DNA of 11,960 bases, from assembly GCA_049699855.1 (NCBI GenBank), contig JBNAWM010000002.1, positions 60,105 to 72,064 on the forward strand, read 5' to 3'. The DNA comes from Candidatus Cryosericum sp. GTDB lineage: Bacteria > Caldisericota > Caldisericia > Cryosericales > Cryosericaceae. How positions within the stretch are numbered: position 1 is the stretch's first letter; each line of letters starts with the position of its first letter. The translations under genes and the position numbers were made by a program. The notes beneath the pieces were generated by a model that had not been told where the DNA came from, searched no databases, and saw nothing but the letters and a program-made list of their open reading frames with translations. This document shows positions 7,577-11,960 of the stretch, one piece after another.

Positions 7577-8701
7577 ATGACGGAATTGTTGCGCGGTATT
7601 GTGGGGATGTCAGACTGGCGAGTCTGGGCAATGTTCTGTGTTGGCCTGGCTCTCATCTGGCTGGCCGTGAAAAAGGGGTACGAGCCAAATCTGCTCCTGC
7701 CGATGGGGTTTGGCTGTCTCCTCGCCAACATTCCGTTTTCATCGGCGGTCGGAGGGGGTTTCCTGGATGTGTTGTACCAGGGTGGAATTGCGAACGAGCT
7801 CTTTCCTATCCTCATCTTCATTGGCGTGGGCGCCATGATTGACTTCGGTCCACTGCTTCAGGACCCGGAAATGCTCTTTTTCGGTGCAGCGGCTCAGTTT
7901 GGGATCTTCTTCACCATGATGCTGGCCCTGCTTGTTGGGCGGATTCCAGGCATCACGGGCATCCCCGGATTGAGAGAGGCCGCAGCCATCGGAATCATCG
8001 GAGCCGCCGATGGACCAACGTCCATTTACGTGGCTGCCCGGTTTGCCCCCGGGTTACTTGCGCCGATTACCGTGGCTGCCTACTCCTATATGTCGCTCGT
8101 GCCCATTATTCAACCGCCTGTGATTCGGGCGCTCACCACTCGGGAGGAGCGCATGATCCGCATGGAGAATCCCGACCACGAGGTCTCCAAGACAGTCAAG
8201 ATCGTCTTTCCCATTGCGGTGACGCTGATCGCAGGCATTATCGCTCCCATGTCCGTGGCACTCATCGGCAGTCTCATGTTTGGCAATCTGCTTCGTGAAT
8301 CTGGAGTGACAGACCGCCTCTCCAAAGCTGCCCAAAATGAGCTCACCAGTCTGGTGACCATCCTGCTGGGGATAACGATTGGGTCGTCGATGGGAGGAAA
8401 GCAATTTTTAAATCCCACAACACTCCTGATCATTGCGATGGGCTTCATCGCATTTGTGTTTGATACTGCTGGCGGCGTGCTGTTCGCAAAGCTGATCAAC
8501 CTGTTCCGGAAACGGAAGATCAACCCGATGATTGGTGCATGTGGCATTTCAGCTTTTCCCATGTCTGCTCGTGTCATTCAGAAAATGGCACAGCAGGAAG
8601 ATGGCAGCAACTTCATTATCATGCACGCCGTGGGCGCCAATGTGGCCGGTCAGATAGCCTCCATCATCGCTGGCGGATTGATCCTCGCGCTGGTACGCTA
8701 A
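7577..8701 (+). CDS. mmdB: Na+-translocating decarboxylase beta subunit (OadB/MmdB/GcdB family)
   Basis: Highly hydrophobic; YEPNLLLPMGFG, FIGVGAMIDFGPLL, GAAAQFGIF, IGIIGAADGPT (catalytic Asp kept), AAYSYMSLVPIIQPP, KINPMIG, SAFPMSARV. ATG 7577 follows GAGGT. Confidence 0.93.
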   Translation: MTELLRGIVGMSDWRVWAMFCVGLALIWLAVKKGYEPNLLLPMGFGCLLANIPFSSAVGGGFLDVLYQGGIANELFPILIFIGVGAMIDFGPLLQDPEMLFFGAAAQFGIFFTMMLALLVGRIPGITGIPGLREAAAIGIIGAADGPTSIYVAARFAPGLLAPITVAAYSYMSLVPIIQPPVIRALTTREERMIRMENPDHEVSKTVKIVFPIAVTLIAGIIAPMSVALIGSLMFGNLLRESGVTDRLSKAAQNELTSLVTILLGITIGSSMGGKQFLNPTTLLIIAMGFIAFVFDTAGGVLFAKLINLFRKRKINPMIGACGISAFPMSARVIQKMAQQEDGSNFIIMHAVGANVAGQIASIIAGGLILALVR

Positions 8702-8711
8702 GGAGGATGGC

Positions 8712-8846
8712 ATGGATTCTGTTGTCGCATCCGGGTTGAGAATCAGCGGGCTGAGTTACGTTCTTATCTTCGTTGTGCTGGGGATCTTCTACGGTCTCAT
8801 CAAACTGCTGTTGCGGGTGTTCCCCGCAAAGGACGGAGCGGAGTAG
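8712..8846 (+). CDS. 44-aa single-helix membrane protein, OadG/MmdD-anchor-like small subunit (absent from the ORF track)
   Basis: Manual translation: MDSVVASGLRISGLSYVLIFVVLGIFYGLIKLLLRVFPAKDGAE. Perfect SD TAAGGAGG (8699-8706) overlapping the mmdB stop, 5 nt before the ATG. The GL.I...LIFVVL..F..LIK pattern resembles the N-terminal helix of gamma/delta subunits. Confidence 0.85.
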   Translation: MDSVVASGLRISGLSYVLIFVVLGIFYGLIKLLLRVFPAKDGAE

Positions 8847-8893
8847 GCGGCGGCACAATGTCGAGGGCCCGCCGGTTCGCAAAGGGGGCTGGA

Positions 8894-9718
8894 GTGAAGG
8901 GACTGGTAAGGGTTCTTGCCTTGGTAGTGGCGACGACCATAGTTTTGAGCGGGTGCAGCCCGGCTGCCGTAGTGCAGCCAAAGATCGTATGTGCAACGAT
9001 CAAGCCAATAGCAATGATTGTTCAGGCCATTGCTGGCGATGCTCTCGAGGTTCGCGTACTTGCGGATGAGAATGGAGCCCCCCTTCAGAATGCCCGGGAG
9101 TTGGCGTCCGGGAGTGCTGTGGTGTTCCAGTCTGGGATGCCCATTGATGCATGGTTAGGCAAAGTCGTACCCACGAACGTGCAGCAGGTGACGCTGCCAG
9201 CTTCCACGGCAAAAACCTCGTCGGGAAGCCCATGGCTTTCGCTTCAGCAGGCAGCGGACATGGCAGGGGCAGTGCGCGATGCGCTGGACGCGGCCTATCC
9301 TGGAGCAAAGGACAAGTTCGATACCCAGTACGCAGGATTTCTGAACGAGTGCAGCCAGGCAGATGGTGCGTTGAAGAAGATGATCTGGGGCGCTCATACG
9401 AGAGCATTCCTTGCTGAAGATGCCACATGGTCGGCGGCAGCCGCGGACTTTGGTTTGAGAGTGGTGGTCGAACCAGGTTTGAAGGGTCTGGATCTCTCGG
9501 GAGCTGAGGCAGGCTCACTGATCGCAAAGTGGGGGTCTGGCGAGAAGACAATGGTTGTGGTGGTCAATGCAACGGCCGGAGAGAGGACCGGCGTCGAACG
9601 TGAAGCAAATGGCGTAGTGGTCTGTCAGTTGGACGCTAGTGGAGTAACGGCTCAGGGCGATTTTGTGGCCTGGCTTCGGCACCAGCTGGAGACGCTGGGA
9701 TCAGCTCTCGGCGGATAG
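8894..9718 (+). CDS. Lipoprotein, divergent ZnuA/TroA-like (cluster A-I) solute-binding fold
   Basis: GTG 8894 after AAAGGGGG gives the signal peptide MKGLVRVLALVVATTIVLSG-C (lipobox); IVCATIKPIAMIVQAIAGD..EV.VL, G..IDAWL.K, PWLS, DALDAAYP, FGL follow ZnuA/TroA order. Alternative start ATG 8858. Confidence 0.7.
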   Translation: MKGLVRVLALVVATTIVLSGCSPAAVVQPKIVCATIKPIAMIVQAIAGDALEVRVLADENGAPLQNARELASGSAVVFQSGMPIDAWLGKVVPTNVQQVTLPASTAKTSSGSPWLSLQQAADMAGAVRDALDAAYPGAKDKFDTQYAGFLNECSQADGALKKMIWGAHTRAFLAEDATWSAAAADFGLRVVVEPGLKGLDLSGAEAGSLIAKWGSGEKTMVVVVNATAGERTGVEREANGVVVCQLDASGVTAQGDFVAWLRHQLETLGSALGG

Positions 9719-9807
9719 GAGCAGCAGAAGAGGAAAGCGGCAAGGCATAGCACTTTGACGGGTATCGGCCGAATCGTGTCAGGTATGGGACTTCTTATAA
9801 TGTTATG

Positions 9808-9836
9808 TTGCTTTTTGTCAGAGCGCATTTTATACT
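9808..9836 (+). promoter_or_regulatory. Putative sigma70-type promoter for the por operon
   Basis: TTGCTT (9808-9813), 17 nt, TATACT (9831-9836) in an AT-rich intergenic stretch; a further TATAAT at 9796-9801. Confidence 0.55.
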
Positions 9837-9890
9837 GTGAACGCGTGAGACGATCCCGGGCGCACTGAACATGGTTGGTCTCCGGGTCAT

Positions 9891-9908
9891 TTGTGTGTTT
9901 CTTGACAA
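9891..9908. promoter_or_regulatory. Possible Rex-like operator
   Basis: TTGTGTG-TTTC-TTGACAA matches 11 of 14 positions of the Rex consensus TTGTGAA-N4-TTCACAA; lies between the putative promoter and the porC SD. Confidence 0.35.
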
Positions 9909-9954
9909 GTTGGTTTACTAAATCTGCATGTGACGTCTGCAAAGAGGGGGAAAC

Positions 9955-10521
9955 ATGAAGGACATCTACGAAGTCAGGATGCATGGCAGGGCTGGCCAGG
10001 GAGCAAAGTCAGGCTCGCAATTGCTTGCCGAGGCAGCGTTCAAGGAAGGAAAGTATATTCAGTCGTTCCCGGAGTACGGATCTGAGCGCAGAGGGGCTCC
10101 GACGGTTTCCTACACGAAGATCGCAGACAAGGTCCTCAAGAGCCACGAGCCGATCGTCAATCCCGATGCTGTCTTGGTGCTGGACTTTGGCATCATGCGC
10201 TCGATCATGGTCGCCGCTGGACTGCCAGAAACGGGCATTCTCATCGTCAATACGAGGGTTTGTTCCGATGAGATCAAGAAGCTGGCACAGTTCAGTGGCA
10301 CACTGTACGGTGTCGATGCGACTGGCATTTCCATGGATCTACTGGGAATGGACACTCCGAACGTTCCCATGCTGGGTGCGCTTGCCAAGCTTACTGGCAT
10401 TGTGAAGATGGAATCACTGGAGGAAGTCGTTCGTGGGCACTTTTTGGCAAAGATAGGTGAAGAAAAGGTACAGAAGAACATTGGCATGCTCCGCAGGGGC
10501 TATGAGGAGGTCTTCAAATGA
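9955..10521 (+). CDS. porC: Pyruvate/2-ketoisovalerate:ferredoxin oxidoreductase gamma subunit
   Basis: EVRMHGRAGQG, QSFPEYGSERRGAP, PDAVLVLD, VDATGIS, PNVPMLGAL; SD GAGGGGG; followed by delta and alpha subunits. Confidence 0.9.
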   Translation: MKDIYEVRMHGRAGQGAKSGSQLLAEAAFKEGKYIQSFPEYGSERRGAPTVSYTKIADKVLKSHEPIVNPDAVLVLDFGIMRSIMVAAGLPETGILIVNTRVCSDEIKKLAQFSGTLYGVDATGISMDLLGMDTPNVPMLGALAKLTGIVKMESLEEVVRGHFLAKIGEEKVQKNIGMLRRGYEEVFK

Positions 10522-10868
10522 GCGAGAGAAAGACTTGGCAAGAGGTCGAGCTTGGCGTAGAATTGCCTGCCGCAACATCTCTTGAGTACAAGACGGGTGG
10601 ATGGCGCGTTCTTCGTCCCATTTTCGATCCGGCGGCATGCACGCACTGCATGATTTGTGTGACGTACTGCCCCGACATGGCCATCCCTGTTGCAAAGAGT
10701 GAGCAGGGGGTTGCTGGCAAAGGCGGAAGAATCTATAAGGGTGTGGTGCGGCTTGCAACTAACCTTGACTATTGCAAGGGATGCGGCATCTGTGCCCATG
10801 AGTGCCCGTCGAAGGCCATCACGATGATTCGCGAAGAAGAGGCGGAACAGGCCTCTTGCAAGTTGTAG
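10518..10868 (+). CDS. porD: Pyruvate/2-ketoisovalerate:ferredoxin oxidoreductase delta subunit (2x[4Fe-4S])
   Basis: KTGGWRVLRP, CTHCMICVTYCPD and DYCKGCGICAHECP; ATGA overlap with porC. Confidence 0.9.
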   Translation: MSERKTWQEVELGVELPAATSLEYKTGGWRVLRPIFDPAACTHCMICVTYCPDMAIPVAKSEQGVAGKGGRIYKGVVRLATNLDYCKGCGICAHECPSKAITMIREEEAEQASCKL

Positions 10869-10882
10869 GGGAGGAAACGAAC

Positions 10883-11960
10883 ATGGGAGTCAGGAAACCA
10901 ATCACTGGTGCTCAGGCGGCTGCGGAGGCAATGCGGCAGATCAATCCAGATGTCGTGGTGGCCTATCCGATTACGCCACAGACGCCAATTGTCGAAGAGT
11001 TCGCAAAGTACGTTGCAGATGGAGTCGTTGATACAGAGATGGTCGCGGTGGAGTCAGAGCACTCTGCCATGTCGGCGACGGTCGGCGCCGAAACGGCCGG
11101 TGCTCGTGCCATGTCGGCGACAGCCTCGCAGGGACTTGCGCTGATGTGGGAGATCGTTGCTGCGACCCCAGGTCTGCGTCTGCCCATCGTTATGTCACTG
11201 GTCAACCGTACACTGTCGGCACCCATCAACATTCATTGTGATCATTCGGACGTCATGGGTGTAACCACCGTTGGATGGATTCAAATATTCAGCGAGAACG
11301 CGCAGGAAGTCTACGAGAATACACTGCTTGCGATTCGTGTCGCCGAGGACAAACGTGTGCAGCTGCCTGTCATGGTCAATCAGGATGGCTTCATCACCAG
11401 CCATGCGGTGGAGCCTGTCGAAATCTTTGACGATGACGTGGTACGGAAGTTTGTCGGAGTGCGCTCGCTTGACCGTGCCCTGTTGGATGTTCATCAAGTG
11501 AAGAGTGTCGGGCCACTTGTTCTTCCTGATTATCTCTTTGAGTTCAAGCGTGCTGAGGAAGAGGCAATGGGCCAGGTATTCCAGGTGTATCGCGAGGTCG
11601 GTACCGAGCTCGGCGCAATCACTGGCAAGAAGTACCCGTTCTTTGAAACCTACCAGACAGAGGATGCGGAGGCGGTGGTCATTGTCCTCAATTCAGCAGC
11701 GGGAACTGCCAAGGCTGCCATTGACACCATGCGTGCCCAGGGCAAGAAGGTCGGACTTCTCAAACCGATTCTCTTCCGTCCGTTCCCCTATGCCGAGATC
11801 CGCGATGCACTGAAGAATGTGCCCACTATCGGTGTGCTTGATCGGTCAATGGACTTCGGCGCCTCCGCTCCCGTCTATTCTGATGTGCGTAACGCGCTCT
11901 GGGAGCTGGACAAGCGGCCGGCTGTTCAGAGCTACATCTATGGATTGGGTGGGCGAGACA
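10883..11960 (+). CDS. porA: Pyruvate/2-ketoisovalerate:ferredoxin oxidoreductase alpha subunit (runs off the 3' end; absent from the ORF track)
   Basis: Manual translation from ATG 10883 (SD GGGGAGG): MGVRKPITGAQAAAEAMRQINPDVVVAYPITPQT...VESEHSAMS...ATASQGLALMWE...VNRTLSAPINIHCDHSD...DGFITSH...YIYGLGGRD. Confidence 0.92.
   Translation, partial: MGVRKPITGAQAAAEAMRQINPDVVVAYPITPQTPIVEEFAKYVADGVVDTEMVAVESEHSAMSATVGAETAGARAMSATASQGLALMWEIVAATPGLRLPIVMSLVNRTLSAPINIHCDHSDVMGVTTVGWIQIFSENAQEVYENTLLAIRVAEDKRVQLPVMVNQDGFITSHAVEPVEIFDDDVVRKFVGVRSLDRALLDVHQVKSVGPLVLPDYLFEFKRAEEEAMGQVFQVYREVGTELGAITGKKYPFFETYQTEDAEAVVIVLNSAAGTAKAAIDTMRAQGKKVGLLKPILFRPFPYAEIRDALKNVPTIGVLDRSMDFGASAPVYSDVRNALWELDKRPAVQSYIYGLGGRD

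Noticed and set aside
8707..8739. Alternative ATG after mmdB giving MAWILLSHPG
   Set aside because: Zero spacing from the SD and only 10 codons; ATG 8712 has proper spacing and encodes a sensible membrane helix.
8773..9069. Cys-rich 98-aa plus-strand ORF
   Set aside because: Out-of-frame overlap with both the microprotein and the lipoprotein genes, no SD, and no ordered metal-binding motif.
9902..9930. Perfect TTGACA as a -35 element
   Set aside because: No acceptable -10 hexamer 16-18 nt downstream; it is better explained as half of the Rex-like palindrome.
1..11960. CRISPR arrays, tRNA/rRNA genes, IS elements, phage or defence genes, frameshifted pseudogenes
   Set aside because: None seen; intergenic gaps are short, no spaced repeat arrays were found, and all identified reading frames appear intact.

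Overview
A gene-dense, all plus-strand, moderately GC-rich bacterial region whose gene content points to an anaerobic fermenter. In order: the 3' end of an oligopeptide ABC transporter operon (oppC partial, oppD, oppF) and a terminator; a two-subunit dihydropyrimidine dehydrogenase-like pair (preT/preA); a Na+-translocating acyl-CoA (methylmalonyl-CoA-type) decarboxylase cluster (carboxyltransferase, small soluble 87-aa protein, biotin carrier, beta subunit, and a 44-aa single-helix membrane protein missing from the ORF track); a ZnuA/TroA-fold lipoprotein lacking its His ligands; and the start of a four-subunit 2-oxoacid:ferredoxin oxidoreductase operon (gamma, delta, alpha partial). Best leads: (1) the decarboxylase delta/gamma anchor appears split into two genes, a soluble alpha-binding part and a separate membrane helix; (2) the orphan ligand-less solute-binding lipoprotein directly behind the pump genes; (3) PreT/PreA substitutions at an Fe-S ligand position and in the pyrimidine pocket. 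No RNA genes, CRISPR arrays or mobile elements were seen. All family assignments are by motif recognition from memory; no searches were run.
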